From an uncultured Actinomycetes bacterium (lineage in GTDB: Bacteria; Actinomycetota; Acidimicrobiia; Spongiisociales; ZC4RG35), in contig CALKIG010000114.1 of NCBI GenBank assembly GCA_937989945.1, positions 3,330 through 67,329 on the forward strand: 64,000 nt of DNA. The letters run 5' to 3'. This document shows, one piece after another, positions 18,509-28,121 of this stretch. The stretch's first letter is position 1, and each line of letters opens with the position of its first letter. The translations under genes and the position numbers were made by a program. The notes under the pieces are model-generated. The model saw only the letters and a program-made list of their open reading frames with translations, had not been told where the DNA came from and ran no database searches.

Positions 18509-19557
18509 GGGAACTGCCTCAGGAATCGAATGTCGTTGTCGATGTAGGTGCGCATGTCACTGATCCCGTGCCGCACCTGCGCGATGCGCTCGACACCCAT
18601 TCCGAAGGCGAAGCCGGACACGCTACCCGGGTCGTAGCCCACGGCCTCGAGAACATTCGGATCGACCATGCCGCAACCCAGCAATTCGACCCAGCCCGCT
18701 CCGCTGCACACTCGGCAGTCGAGGTCGTTGCCGTCGCAGTTGAAACACGAGATGTCGAGCTCGGCGCTGGGCTCGGTGAAAGGGAAGAAGTGGGGACGAA
18801 GGCGTACCGTGGTCTCCGGCCCGAAATACTCACGTGCGAACTGGAGCAGGGTTCCCTTCAAATCTGAGAACTGGATGTCGTCGTCAACCGCCAGACCTTC
18901 GATCTGGTGGAAGACCGGAAGATGAGTTGCGTCGATCGTGTCCGTCCGATAAGCCTTTCCGGGAACGACTATGTACACCGGTGGTTCGTGGTTCTCCATC
19001 CACCTGACCTGTACGGGCGAGGTATGTGCCCTGAGAAGAACCTCATCGGCGGGATCGCCGAAGTCCAGGTACATCGTGTCTGACTCGAGCCGGCTCGGGT
19101 GAGTTGCCGGCGTGTTGAGCGCATCGAAGTTGTAATAGGCCAGTTCGGCTTCGGGGCCCGCTGCGACCTGGTAACCGAGACCCACGAAGATGTCGACTAC
19201 CTCGTCAATGGTCTGTTGGATCAGGTGCAGCGACCCTTGGGGCAAGGAGACCGACTCCAGTGTCACATCGATCCACTCCGCCTCGAGACGGGCCTTCTCA
19301 GCTGCCGCTTCGATCCCGGCGCGTTTCGACGCAAGCAAGTCATTTATCTCGGCGGTTGCCTTCTGCAATGCAGCACCTACCACCGGGCGGTCTTCCGGAT
19401 CAAGGCTCCCCATGGACCGGCGGACTCTCCCGAGTGTCGAGTCCTTGCCCAGCAGCTGTGCCTCGACCTCATCGATCTCGTCGACCGACGTCGCACCGTC
19501 GATTCTCGCTGGTGCCTCCGAAACGACGGCTTCGAGCTCTTCCACGGGTGATGACAT
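18505..19557 (-). CDS. pheS: phenylalanine--tRNA ligase alpha subunit
   Basis: Class II motifs (HPSR..DTMYL, FRTD..DATHLPVFHQIEGL, GFAFGMGVERIA). Start placed at ATG 19557 (MSSPVEE...), which avoids overlap with the upstream gene. The track start at 19620 remains possible. Confidence 0.9.
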   Translation of the reverse strand: MSSPVEELEAVVSEAPARIDGATSVDEIDEVEAQLLGKDSTLGRVRRSMGSLDPEDRPVVGAALQKATAEINDLLASKRAGIEAAAEKARLEAEWIDVTLESVSLPQGSLHLIQQTIDEVVDIFVGLGYQVAAGPEAELAYYNFDALNTPATHPSRLESDTMYLDFGDPADEVLLRAHTSPVQVRWMENHEPPVYIVVPGKAYRTDTIDATHLPVFHQIEGLAVDDDIQFSDLKGTLLQFAREYFGPETTVRLRPHFFPFTEPSAELDISCFNCDGNDLDCRVCSGAGWVELLGCGMVDPNVLEAVGYDPGSVSGFAFGMGVERIAQVRHGISDMRTYIDNDIRFLRQFP

Positions 19558-19570
19558 GTGCCGTGGCAGG

Positions 19571-20341
19571 TTAGACCCCATCGTCGTTTTCTCCGGACGA
19601 TTTGGTGAGCGCGTACGCAACTATCCCTGCGGCTACTGCGGCGTTCAGACTCTCCGTGGCTCCGGGCATCGGAATCGTCAAAGAGGCGTCGCAGAGCTCA
19701 ACGATCGGCCGCGGAAGCCCAGAAGCTTCTTCGCCGATGAGGACCGCGACCTTCCCTGCTTCGACTCTCGAGAGCTCTTCGCCGCCTCTGACGACAGTGG
19801 CTATCGGGGAGTGCCCGCTGTTTCGCAGCTCCTCGACAGACCCGATCCGCCCGATCCACGTGGTGAATTGAAATCCGGCAGCGGAGCGCAAGACCTTTGG
19901 CGACCAGGGATCGGCAGTCCCATCGGCATAACCGAAGCCCCATCCGAAAGCGGCGGCTGTTCGGATCATGGTCCCCACGTTCCCCGGGTCGCTCACCCCC
20001 CAGGACACCAGGAGTCGCTGGGGGCGCGGTGCCGAAGGCTCTCGAGGTATGGCTACCACTGCGATCGGGCCGCGTGGTGTCTCCGTCCCGGCGATGCGGG
20101 CCAGGCCGCGTTCATCAACCGCGAAGGTCTCCAGCCCCGCCTGGCGAGCGGCATCCAAGCCCGGATCGTCCTCGGCAAAGAACACCCGATTGATTTCTGC
20201 ACCCGCTTTGAGTGCCTCGTCGAGAAGATGAGGGCCTTCGATCAGGGTTTCGCCCCGCTCCTTCCGATCCCGAGCGCGATGAAGCCGGGATGCCTCGACC
20301 ACCGTGTTGCTGCGGTGGGTCAGTGGCCTTCCCGGCTCCAC
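19571..20341 (-). CDS. TrmH/SpoU-family RNA 2'-O-methyltransferase
   Basis: 256 aa. SPOUT motifs DPGNVGTMIRTAAAFG, VLIGEEASGL and IPMPGATESLNAAVAAGI. Same position as tsnR-like genes next to rplT in actinobacteria. Confidence 0.8.
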   Translation of the reverse strand: MEPGRPLTHRSNTVVEASRLHRARDRKERGETLIEGPHLLDEALKAGAEINRVFFAEDDPGLDAARQAGLETFAVDERGLARIAGTETPRGPIAVVAIPREPSAPRPQRLLVSWGVSDPGNVGTMIRTAAAFGWGFGYADGTADPWSPKVLRSAAGFQFTTWIGRIGSVEELRNSGHSPIATVVRGGEELSRVEAGKVAVLIGEEASGLPRPIVELCDASLTIPMPGATESLNAAVAAGIVAYALTKSSGENDDGV

Positions 20342-20359
20342 GACGAAGCTCTAACCCGG

Positions 20360-20710
20360 TTACTTGCCTTTGGCGGCTTCTACCAATTGTGTGAAGGCGC
20401 CCGGGTCGTTCACGGCCATCTCGGCCAGCATCTTGCGATCGACCTCGATTTCGGCGGCCTTCAGCCCGGCGATCAGCTGTGAGTAAGTCGTCCCGTTCTG
20501 ACGAGCTGCGGCGTTGATCCGGGTGATCCACAGCTTGCGGAACTCGCGCTTGCGGGCGCGACGATCCCGGTAGGCGTCTTGCATCGCATGCATGACCTGC
20601 TCATTGGCGGTCTTGAAGCGGCGGCTGCGAGCGCCCTTGTAGCCCTTGGCACGGTCCAGCACCTTCTTATGGGACTTCTTGGCATGTACTGCGCGTTTGG
20701 CACGAGCCAT
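20360..20710 (-). CDS. rplT: 50S ribosomal protein L20
   Basis: [39 protein letters not shown]... is a canonical L20. Confidence 0.95.
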   Translation of the reverse strand: MARAKRAVHAKKSHKKVLDRAKGYKGARSRRFKTANEQVMHAMQDAYRDRRARKREFRKLWITRINAAARQNGTTYSQLIAGLKAAEIEVDRKMLAEMAVNDPGAFTQLVEAAKGK

Positions 20711-20730
20711 TGTTCTCTACCTCCGGCTTC

Positions 20731-20925
20731 TCAGCGACCGAGCTGCTTCTTGAGGACTTTGGCGTCACCCGGGGCGAGGTCGACCAGGCCCTTGCGGCGT
20801 CTGAACGTGCTCTTTCCCTTGGCGAGCTTCAGATGCCCGCGACCAGCTTGCCGGCGCATCAACTTGCCCGATCCGGTCACCTTGACGCGCTTCTTCGCGC
20901 CGCTATGAGTTTTCATCTTTGGCAC
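20731..20925 (-). CDS. rpmI: 50S ribosomal protein L35
   Basis: MPKMKTHSGAKKRVKVTGSGK... is a canonical L35. Confidence 0.95.
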   Translation of the reverse strand: MPKMKTHSGAKKRVKVTGSGKLMRRQAGRGHLKLAKGKSTFRRRKGLVDLAPGDAKVLKKQLGR

Positions 20926-20937
20926 AGCATTTCCTTC

Positions 20938-21483
20938 CTACTGGTCTTGCTGCTGCTTTGCGGATGAGGACTTGTGTGTCTTGGAGGGGGCCAGAACCAT
21001 CGTCATCGAGCGGCCCTCGATCTTGGGCGTCTGCTCGACGACGCCGTACTCGGCCACGTCTTCGGCGAGCCGGTCAAGCAGCTCCCGACCGAATTCGGGT
21101 CTCTCCTGCTCTCGACCGCGGAATCGGATCGTCAGCTTCACCTTGTCGCCGTCCTGGAGGAACTCGCGTGTCTTCCGACTTGTGATGTCGAAGTCGTGGT
21201 CGCCAATCCGCACCTTCATGCGAAGCTCCTTGACTTGTGTCCTGGTCTGGTTCTTACGAGCCTCGCGTTGCTTGACGGATTGTTCGTACTTGTACTTCCC
21301 GTAATCCATCAACCGGCATACCGGTGGTTTGGAATTGGGTGCGACCTCGACGAGGTCGAGATCGAGTTGCTCGGCCAGCCAGAGGGCTTCGTTCAGCTTC
21401 TTCACTCCGATTTGGGAGCCATCGGGTGCTACCACCCGTACTTCTTTTGCCCTTATGGCGCCGTTCACACGCAGCTCGCTAAT
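20938..21483 (-). CDS. infC: translation initiation factor IF-3, ATT start codon
   Basis: IF-3 N- and C-domains (IRAKEVRVVAPDGSQIGV...; KELRMKVRIGDHDFD). In-frame ATT at 21483..21481 lies 8 nt after AGGAGG. No ATG/GTG/TTG with an SD exists upstream of the conserved LRVNGAIRAKEV segment. An AUU start is the classical infC autoregulatory feature. Confidence 0.88.
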   Translation of the reverse strand: MSELRVNGAIRAKEVRVVAPDGSQIGVKKLNEALWLAEQLDLDLVEVAPNSKPPVCRLMDYGKYKYEQSVKQREARKNQTRTQVKELRMKVRIGDHDFDITSRKTREFLQDGDKVKLTIRFRGREQERPEFGRELLDRLAEDVAEYGVVEQTPKIEGRSMTMVLAPSKTHKSSSAKQQQDQ

Positions 21484-21525
21484 AGCTGTTTCCTCCTGTT
21501 GATTTGCTTGTTCGTCTCATCCAGC

Positions 21526-21553
21526 AAAAAAGCAGCAAGTCGAAACTTGCTGC
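21526..21553 (-). terminator. intrinsic terminator/attenuator between ribH and infC
   Basis: Sense GCAGCAAGU-uucg-ACUUGCUGC (9-bp perfect stem) followed by UUUUUU. It is preceded by a second hairpin, CGAGCCAG-auac-CUGGCUCG (21578..21559), and lies only about 45 nt upstream of the infC SD. Confidence 0.65.
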
Positions 21554-21705
21554 TCGAACGAGCCAGGTATCTGGCTCGAAACTGTGACCACGGCTCCCAC
21601 ATGCTTCTCTAGCCGGGGGCCGGGTGGGGAAGCAGCAGCTTCCACTCTTGCTTTGGATTGTGGTGTAGATGGTAGCAGGAGTGGCATTCGTAGTCCCAGG
21701 CGACC

Positions 21706-22158
21706 TCAGATCGCCCGGAGCGCCGTGGCCGTCTCGATTGCAGCATCAACGGCTTCCCTGCCCTTGTTCGACTGACCGGATTCGGATCGGGCGATAGCGT
21801 CCTCGACATCGTGGACGGCGAGAATGGCGTTGCCCACCGGGATCCCGGTGTCCAGCGAAACCCGGGAAACTCCGCTCGTCGATTGGGATACGACGATGTC
21901 GTAGTGGTCGGTTTCCCCCTTTATGACCACACCTATGACGACGATGGCATCATGTCCTCGCTCGGCCAAGGCTCGGGCGCCGACCGGGATCTCCAGCGCA
22001 CCTGGGACGCGCAAGACGGTCACATCTTCGGCACCCAACTCGTCCAGGCGCTGCAGAGCGCCGTCGAGAAGACGACCTGTTATCGACTGATTCCACCTCG
22101 CTACAACGATGCCGATCTTCAGGTCCTTGGCTTCGTGGGACCCCGTGACCTCTCTCAT
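21706..22158 (-). CDS. ribH: 6,7-dimethyl-8-ribityllumazine synthase
   Basis: 150 aa. [23 protein letters not shown] and [10 protein letters not shown] signatures. Confidence 0.95.
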   Translation of the reverse strand: MREVTGSHEAKDLKIGIVVARWNQSITGRLLDGALQRLDELGAEDVTVLRVPGALEIPVGARALAERGHDAIVVIGVVIKGETDHYDIVVSQSTSGVSRVSLDTGIPVGNAILAVHDVEDAIARSESGQSNKGREAVDAAIETATALRAI

Positions 22159-23369
22159 GCACCGGCCTCGAGGTCGAATGTGTGCCCGAGACGGGAGGCC
22201 TTGGTCTCGAGGTAGCCCCTGTTCTCATCGGTGGCGTCCACCGACAACGGGACCTGCTCGATGATCGACAGCCCGTATCCCTCGATACCGGCACGCTTCT
22301 TGGGGTTGTTGGTGAGGAGGCGCATCGATCGGACGCCGAGGTCATAGAGGATCTGTGCTCCAACCCCGTAGTCACGGGCATCGACCGGAAGCCCGAGGTT
22401 CACATTGGCGTCGACCGTGTCGAGGCCCTCGTCTTGGAGGTTGTAGGCCGCGAGCTTGTGGAGTAGTCCGATTCCCCTGCCTTCGTGGCCGCGTATGTAC
22501 AGAACGACACCCCGCCCCTCTTCTGCAACACGAGCCAGTGCCCTCTCCAACTGCAAGCCGCAGTCGCAGCGAAGGCTCCCGAAGACGTCACCCGTGAGGC
22601 ATTCGGAGTGGACTCGAGTGAGAACCGACTCTCCATCGCCGATGTCGCCATAGACCAGGGCGATGTGCTGGCGATCATCAACCAGAGATCTATACCCCAC
22701 ACCCTGGAAAGAGCCGTGAGCGGTGGGGATCCTCGCCTCGACAACGCGCTCGACGAGCTTCTCCTCCTGGCGTCGGTGTGCGATCAGGTCGGCGATGGTC
22801 CCGATGAGAAGTCCGTGCTCTTCGGCAAAAGCCTCGAGCTCGGGAAGCTTCGAGACGCTGCCGTCGTCGTTCATCACTTCGGCGAGGACGGCTGCCGGGT
22901 ACATCCCGGCCATGCGGGCGAGGTCGACCCCGGCCTCGGTGTGGCCGGCGCGCTTGAGCACCCCTCCGGGCTCGTATCGCAGCGGGTACATGTGACCTGG
23001 ACGGGCCAGATCTTCAGGTCTGGTCTCGGGATCCAACACTGCCAGGACCGTCCGGGTCCGATCTGCTGCTGAGATCCCCGTAGTCGTCCCCTCCGCGGCA
23101 TCGATAGAGACTGTGAACGCCGTCCTGCGAACGTCGGTGTTGCGGGCGACCATCATCGGCAGCTCGAGCTCATCGAGCCGTTCTCCCTCGATCGGCAAAC
23201 AGATGATCCCGCTGCTGTGACGCATGACGAAACCCATCTTCTGAGGATCGGCCGCCTCGGCAGCGAAGATCAAGTCGCCCTCGTTCTCTCGGTCCTCGTC
23301 ATCGACCATGATCACCATCTCACCGCGAGCGAAGGCGGCGACGATGTCTTCGATCTTGGCGAAGGTCAT
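22155..23369 (-). CDS. ribBA: bifunctional 3,4-dihydroxy-2-butanone-4-phosphate synthase / GTP cyclohydrolase II
   Basis: 404 aa. DHBPS motifs ([18 protein letters not shown]) then GCHII ([25 protein letters not shown]). Confidence 0.95.
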   Translation of the reverse strand: MTFAKIEDIVAAFARGEMVIMVDDEDRENEGDLIFAAEAADPQKMGFVMRHSSGIICLPIEGERLDELELPMMVARNTDVRRTAFTVSIDAAEGTTTGISAADRTRTVLAVLDPETRPEDLARPGHMYPLRYEPGGVLKRAGHTEAGVDLARMAGMYPAAVLAEVMNDDGSVSKLPELEAFAEEHGLLIGTIADLIAHRRQEEKLVERVVEARIPTAHGSFQGVGYRSLVDDRQHIALVYGDIGDGESVLTRVHSECLTGDVFGSLRCDCGLQLERALARVAEEGRGVVLYIRGHEGRGIGLLHKLAAYNLQDEGLDTVDANVNLGLPVDARDYGVGAQILYDLGVRSMRLLTNNPKKRAGIEGYGLSIIEQVPLSVDATDENRGYLETKASRLGHTFDLEAGA

Positions 23370-23950
23370 CTGGCCATCAGCCTCTCGACATACTTGGCTA
23401 GCACGTCCACTTCGATGTTGACCCTATCTCCGACTTCTCGGCGGCCCAGGGTCGTGACATCGCGTGTGTGAGGTATCACGGCAACGTCAAAGCCGGCCGG
23501 GTGAAGCGATGCCACGGTGAGGGAAATGCCGTCGACCGCAACTGAGCCCTTCTCCACCAGATAGCGCTGGATCGCCTCGGGGACGTCGACCCGGATTCGC
23601 ACCGACTCACCTTCGCTCATGATCCCACTGATGGTCCCTGTGGCGTCGATGTGCCCCTGGACGATATGGCCGTCGAGCAGGGAGCCTGCCGAAACCGGCA
23701 GCTCGAGGTTGACCCTGTCCCCTGCAGAGAGGTCGCCGAGGTTCGTTCGGTTCATTGTCTCGGTCACCGCGTTGACCTGGATCGTCCCGTCGCCGACGGT
23801 CACTGCTGTCAGACAGGCACCGTTCACGGCCACCGAACCGCCCACCGACATCGCGGCGAGTATCTCAGAGTCGATAGTGATCGTCATCTCATCGCCAGAG
23901 CTCTCGACGCCGGTGACAAGACCCGTGTCCTGGACAATTCCTGTGAACAA
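23366..23950 (-). CDS. ribE: riboflavin synthase (alpha chain)
   Basis: 194 aa. MFTGIV N-terminus and the duplicated lumazine-binding repeat ([13 protein letters not shown] / [13 protein letters not shown]). Confidence 0.92.
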   Translation of the reverse strand: MFTGIVQDTGLVTGVESSGDEMTITIDSEILAAMSVGGSVAVNGACLTAVTVGDGTIQVNAVTETMNRTNLGDLSAGDRVNLELPVSAGSLLDGHIVQGHIDATGTISGIMSEGESVRIRVDVPEAIQRYLVEKGSVAVDGISLTVASLHPAGFDVAVIPHTRDVTTLGRREVGDRVNIEVDVLAKYVERLMAR

Positions 23951-23958
23951 GTGGCTCC

Positions 23959-24999
23959 TTATCGGAACCCAATTCTCACATCGGGCCCGATCGATTGCAC
24001 ATCCACGATTTCAACCGAGGTCGCCTGATCGATGTTCCCGAAACGGCCGCCGAGTGGCTGAATACCGCCTCCGCCCCCCACCCTTGCCCCGAGATAGGCG
24101 TATCCAAAGGAGATGAGGCCGGCTGCCCACCACGCCCCGAGCACTACCGGCCCGCCCTCGATCAGAAGGTCTAGGTACCCCTTGTCCGCCAGGGCAGCCG
24201 CTGCGCTTCTCGGATCGGGATTGCCCTCGCCTGCCACCACAATCGATTCGCCCCCCGGTATATCCATCTCCTTGCTGGACACCACTAACGGATTCCGGGA
24301 CCAAACCAGCGCATCAGCCGGCAGTGGTTTGCCTCCAGCAAGAATCACGGGTCTCGGCTGCGGGCCCTCGTAACCCTCCAATCGCACATCAAGGCGCGGG
24401 TCATCGGCGCGGACGGTTCCGGCGCCCACCACTACAGCGTCTACCTGCGAGCGCAGAGCGTGGGCGTCCTGGCGCGCCTCCTCCGACGTGATCCACTGCG
24501 ACGAGCCGTCGGCAGCGGCGGCCGAGCCATCCAGGGTCATCGCGAATTTCGCCACGACACGGGGTAAGCCCGTTCGCCTGTGGTGAAAATATCCAGGATC
24601 GACTTCTACAGCCCGATCTGGCTCCCTCCAGACCTCAACATCCACGCCGGCGGCGCGCAGGCGGCTGATGCCAGATCCCCGCACTCTCTCGTCAGGATCC
24701 TCTATGCCAACGATCACCCGTTGCAGCCCAGCTTCGAGGATCGCGTCAACACATGGAGGGGTACGACCCTGATGGTTGCAGGGCTCGAGGGAGACATACA
24801 GCTCAGCTCCTCTTGCCTTGTCCCCCGCTGCCTCGATCGCAATCACCTCGGCATGGGCGTGACCGGGGCCTTGATGAGATCCTTCCCCGACGATCTCACT
24901 TTGGTTGACTATCAACGCCCCCACCCTGGGGTTGGGATGGGTGCGATGGAGGCTGGCGAGCTCGAAGGCTCGCGCCATGGCCGCCTGGTCGGATGGCAC
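23959..24999 (-). CDS. ribD: bifunctional diaminohydroxyphosphoribosylaminopyrimidine deaminase / 5-amino-6-(5-phosphoribosylamino)uracil reductase
   Basis: 346 aa. Deaminase HAEV...EPCNHQGRTPPC then the reductase domain (KFAMTLDG...). Confidence 0.92.
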   Translation of the reverse strand: MPSDQAAMARAFELASLHRTHPNPRVGALIVNQSEIVGEGSHQGPGHAHAEVIAIEAAGDKARGAELYVSLEPCNHQGRTPPCVDAILEAGLQRVIVGIEDPDERVRGSGISRLRAAGVDVEVWREPDRAVEVDPGYFHHRRTGLPRVVAKFAMTLDGSAAAADGSSQWITSEEARQDAHALRSQVDAVVVGAGTVRADDPRLDVRLEGYEGPQPRPVILAGGKPLPADALVWSRNPLVVSSKEMDIPGGESIVVAGEGNPDPRSAAAALADKGYLDLLIEGGPVVLGAWWAAGLISFGYAYLGARVGGGGGIQPLGGRFGNIDQATSVEIVDVQSIGPDVRIGFR

Positions 25000-25011
25000 C
25001 GAGAGCCTGTC

Positions 25012-25941
25012 CTAGGCGAGCCGGCGATCTATCCGATAGGTGGAGCCCGGCTGCTTCTTTGCGAACTCTTTCATCTCAACCGCCACGGCCGAAGCCTCCC
25101 ATTGGGTGTTCATCTCTCTCACTTCGGTCGAGGCTACTCCCAGCGATAGCGAGACAACCGGGAAGGCATACCTCTCCCCGCGTCGATCGATGACCTCGAT
25201 GTAGCCACGCAGGGCGTCGGCTGTGTCGTAGAGGTCGAGGATGCCATCGTCGAATCGCTCCACGACCTCTTTGCAATAGGCCTCTGCCATTCCAGCCGGG
25301 ATGATGGCTACGAAGTCGTCTCCACCGATATGGCCAATGAACGGATCCTCGATGCCCAGGGTCGTCGCCGCGGTGGTGAGGCAACTGGCGCAGAAGCGGA
25401 TCACCTCGTCCCCCCTCATGAATCCGTAGTGATCGTTGAAGGCCTTGAAGTTGTCCAGGTCGCCATGGACCAGTGCGAAGGACCTTCCCTCGTGGATGCG
25501 CTCCTCGATCTCCCTGGTGATGCGGAAGTTGCCTGGAAGGCCCGTGAGAGGCGAGAGGTCACGCGCTGCCTGGGTTCGGCGCAGCACCGCCGACACCCTG
25601 GCCACCAGCTCGTTGATGTCGAAAGGCTTGGTTATGTAGTCGTCGGCGCCGAGCTCGAGACCTCTGACCCTGTCTTCAGGGAGGCCTCGGGCGGTGAGGA
25701 GGATGATCGGAATATTGGCAGTGGAAGCCTGTGCCCGGAGCCGATGGAGGGCGGTAAGCCCATCCATACGCGGCATCATGATGTCGAGAACGATGGCATT
25801 GGGTGGAACGGCAGTGGCTTTCTGCAGGGCATCCTCGCCGTCCACCGCAGTCTCGACTTCGAAGCCCTCGAGCTCGAAGTTGACCTTGACAACCGAAAGA
25901 ATGTCTGGGTCGTCGTCGGCGACCAGTACCCGGTCAGTCAT
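25012..25941 (-). CDS. response-regulator receiver domain fused to a GGDEF-type domain carrying a GGDDF motif
   Basis: 309 aa. REC domain (VLVADDDPD..., DIMMPRMDG, KPF). Then SPLTGLPGN..., DLDNFKAFNDHYGFMRGDEV and IGHIGGDDFVAI. No RxxD I-site upstream of the motif. Confidence 0.8.
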   Translation of the reverse strand: MTDRVLVADDDPDILSVVKVNFELEGFEVETAVDGEDALQKATAVPPNAIVLDIMMPRMDGLTALHRLRAQASTANIPIILLTARGLPEDRVRGLELGADDYITKPFDINELVARVSAVLRRTQAARDLSPLTGLPGNFRITREIEERIHEGRSFALVHGDLDNFKAFNDHYGFMRGDEVIRFCASCLTTAATTLGIEDPFIGHIGGDDFVAIIPAGMAEAYCKEVVERFDDGILDLYDTADALRGYIEVIDRRGERYAFPVVSLSLGVASTEVREMNTQWEASAVAVEMKEFAKKQPGSTYRIDRRLA

Positions 25942-26600
25942 TTTTCCTCAATAGTCCTTCTGAGTTCTTCCACAGCCTTGGCGGGATCGTCCGCGCCAAA
26001 AATCGCAGTTCCTGCCACGAAGACATTCGCCCCGGCTTCGGCCGCACGGCCTACGTTGTCGGGAGTAATGCCACCGTCGATTTCAATATCGGTCGCCAGG
26101 CCCTGCTTCTCAACAGATTCTCGCAGTTTCTCGACTTTGCCCAACACGTCCGGAATGAAGGCTTGTCCACCAAAGCCAGGCTCCACCGACATCACCAGCA
26201 CCAGGTCGATGACGTCGAGAAATGGCTCGACTGCTGTAGCAGGTGTTCCTGGATTGAGCACAAGCCCGATATCGAGGTTGTGACCCTTTGCCCGCTCGAT
26301 TGCGGGCACCGGATCGGGGATGGCTTCGATGTGCATCGTGACCAGGTCCACACCCGCAGCCGAAAGCTCTTCGACGAATGCGTCCGGGTTGGTCGTCATC
26401 AGGTGACAATCGAAGTAGAGCTTCGTATGTGGCCTCAGCGCGGCGATAACAGGGATCCCAAAGCTGATGTTGGGGACGAAGTGCCCGTCCATGATGTCGA
26501 GATGCAGCCAATCGGCAGACTCCTCGACGCGAGCCACCTCGTCTGCGAGTTTCGCAAAGTCGGCGGCAAGGAGAGACGGCGCGATCTTGGGCCCGGTCAT
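25938..26600 (-). CDS. rpe: ribulose-phosphate 3-epimerase
   Basis: 220 aa. IAPSLLAADF..L, HLDIMDGHFVPN, MSVEPGFGGQ.F signatures. Confidence 0.95.
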   Translation of the reverse strand: MTGPKIAPSLLAADFAKLADEVARVEESADWLHLDIMDGHFVPNISFGIPVIAALRPHTKLYFDCHLMTTNPDAFVEELSAAGVDLVTMHIEAIPDPVPAIERAKGHNLDIGLVLNPGTPATAVEPFLDVIDLVLVMSVEPGFGGQAFIPDVLGKVEKLRESVEKQGLATDIEIDGGITPDNVGRAAEAGANVFVAGTAIFGADDPAKAVEELRRTIEEK

Positions 26601-26648
26601 TGCGGCGAGTCTAAAGAGAGCTGCCGCTGGTTCAGGTAACTCCTCTGA

Positions 26649-27563
26649 TCAGCCAGTTGCGCCGCTTTCGGCTCGTAGCCCTCGAAGCCAATCCTCCCCA
26701 GTCATGGGCTTCTTACCAGGTGGGTGCAGCGAGTCGATGCGAACGGCACCACCCTCGAGGCCCACGACCGGCCAACCCTGGCGCGCCTCCCACCGGCCGG
26801 GCGGCACCTGATCGCTGCTAGGGCGTGCACGGAGGATCTTGTGGGGCCGGCCATCGATGACAAGCCGGGCTCCCGGTGTGGGCGCCAATCCCCGCACGCG
26901 AGATACGAAAGACTGCGGGTCCGGATCTGTCCCGAGCTCGCGGTCCTCTTTGGTGAGCTTTGATGCATAAGTGGCTCCTTCGTCACTCTGAGCGACCGGA
27001 ACCAGCTCCCCTGACACGTACCGTGGCAGATTGACCGCGAGGAGTCGTGAGCCCAGCTTTGCCAGCCTCTCGGTGAGATCGGCGGCGTTCTCGTCCTCAC
27101 GGATGTCTACGGCTTGTGCCGTCAGCACCGGACCGGTGTCTAGCCCTTCATCAATTCGGATGATGGTGACACCGGTCATCGCGTCACCTGCCATCAGGGC
27201 TCGATTGACGGGTGCGGCACCTCTCCATCTGGGTAGCAGCGAGAAATGGAGGTTCAACATGCCCAACCTGGGCAGATCGATCACGTCTTTGGACAGGATG
27301 CGGCCGTAAGCGACGACAACGCCGACATCGAAGGTTCCGGCGCCCTGCAACGAACTGAGGAGCTCTTCACCACTCTCCGGCTGCGCCACGGGGATTCCCA
27401 TGCTGTCTGCCGCCTCCTTGACGGGACTGGGCGCCGGGCGGGAGGAGCGTCCGACCGGACGGTCCGGTTGTGTGACAGCCAGCGCTACCTCGTGCTCCTC
27501 ACCCAATGCCCGGAGAGTGGGCACGGCAGGGTCGGGAGTGCCCAGGAAGACGATTCGAGTCAT
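26649..27563 (-). CDS. fmt: methionyl-tRNA formyltransferase
   Basis: From ATG 27563 (ATGA overlap with the def stop): MTRIVFLGTPDPAVPTL..., NLHFSLLPRWRGAAPV (SLLP motif). The 390-aa track ORF is an N-terminal extension overlapping def. Confidence 0.9.
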   Translation of the reverse strand: MTRIVFLGTPDPAVPTLRALGEEHEVALAVTQPDRPVGRSSRPAPSPVKEAADSMGIPVAQPESGEELLSSLQGAGTFDVGVVVAYGRILSKDVIDLPRLGMLNLHFSLLPRWRGAAPVNRALMAGDAMTGVTIIRIDEGLDTGPVLTAQAVDIREDENAADLTERLAKLGSRLLAVNLPRYVSGELVPVAQSDEGATYASKLTKEDRELGTDPDPQSFVSRVRGLAPTPGARLVIDGRPHKILRARPSSDQVPPGRWEARQGWPVVGLEGGAVRIDSLHPPGKKPMTGEDWLRGLRAESGATG

Positions 27564-28069
27564 TCGTAGCTGGCCAGGCCCAGCGCCTCGTCGCGTAGAT
27601 CCTTGAGAGCCTTCTTCCGTTCGCGCTTCGGGAGCTCGTCGATGAGCAGTTTCCCATTGAGGTGCCCGATCTCGTGTTGCAGGACCCGTCCGAGCAACTC
27701 GTCCCCTGAGTATTCGACCTCGTTGCCTTCGAGGTCGAGCGCCTTGACGCGAGCGAAGGCCGGGCGCACGATCGTCCAGGCATGGCCAGGGACCGAGAGG
27801 CACCCCTCCTCGTACTCCCATTCTCCGGAGAGCTCCACGATCTCCGGGTTGATCATCACTCGAGGTCCGAGGTCATCTTGGGCGTCAAACACAGCGATCT
27901 GCTTCGCAACGCCGATCTGGTTTGCGGCCAGGCCGACTCCGGGAGCGTCATACATCGTCTCGATCATGTCCGAGACGATCACGCGGATCTTTTCATCGAT
28001 CTCGACGACGGGCTTCGGTGTCATGCGGAGTACCGGGTCTCCGTATGTGCGGATGGGATAAAGCGCCAT
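27560..28069 (-). CDS. def: peptide deformylase
   Basis: 169 aa. GVGLAANQIG, EGCLSVPG and QHEIGHLNG motifs. Confidence 0.95.
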   Translation of the reverse strand: MALYPIRTYGDPVLRMTPKPVVEIDEKIRVIVSDMIETMYDAPGVGLAANQIGVAKQIAVFDAQDDLGPRVMINPEIVELSGEWEYEEGCLSVPGHAWTIVRPAFARVKALDLEGNEVEYSGDELLGRVLQHEIGHLNGKLLIDELPKRERKKALKDLRDEALGLASYE

Positions 28070-28121
28070 CAGCGATGTAGTGGGTCGTCCTTTTTCACCG
28101 GGCCAGGGTAGTGGCGCGCTG

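Noticed and set aside
24999-25012. FMN riboswitch ahead of ribD, SAM riboswitch ahead of metK (31046..31057), T-box leaders ahead of tyrS/pheS/alaS/aspS/hisS
   Set aside because: The intergenic gaps are only about 10-55 nt, far too short for these elements. If such elements exist, they must lie upstream of the operons' first genes.
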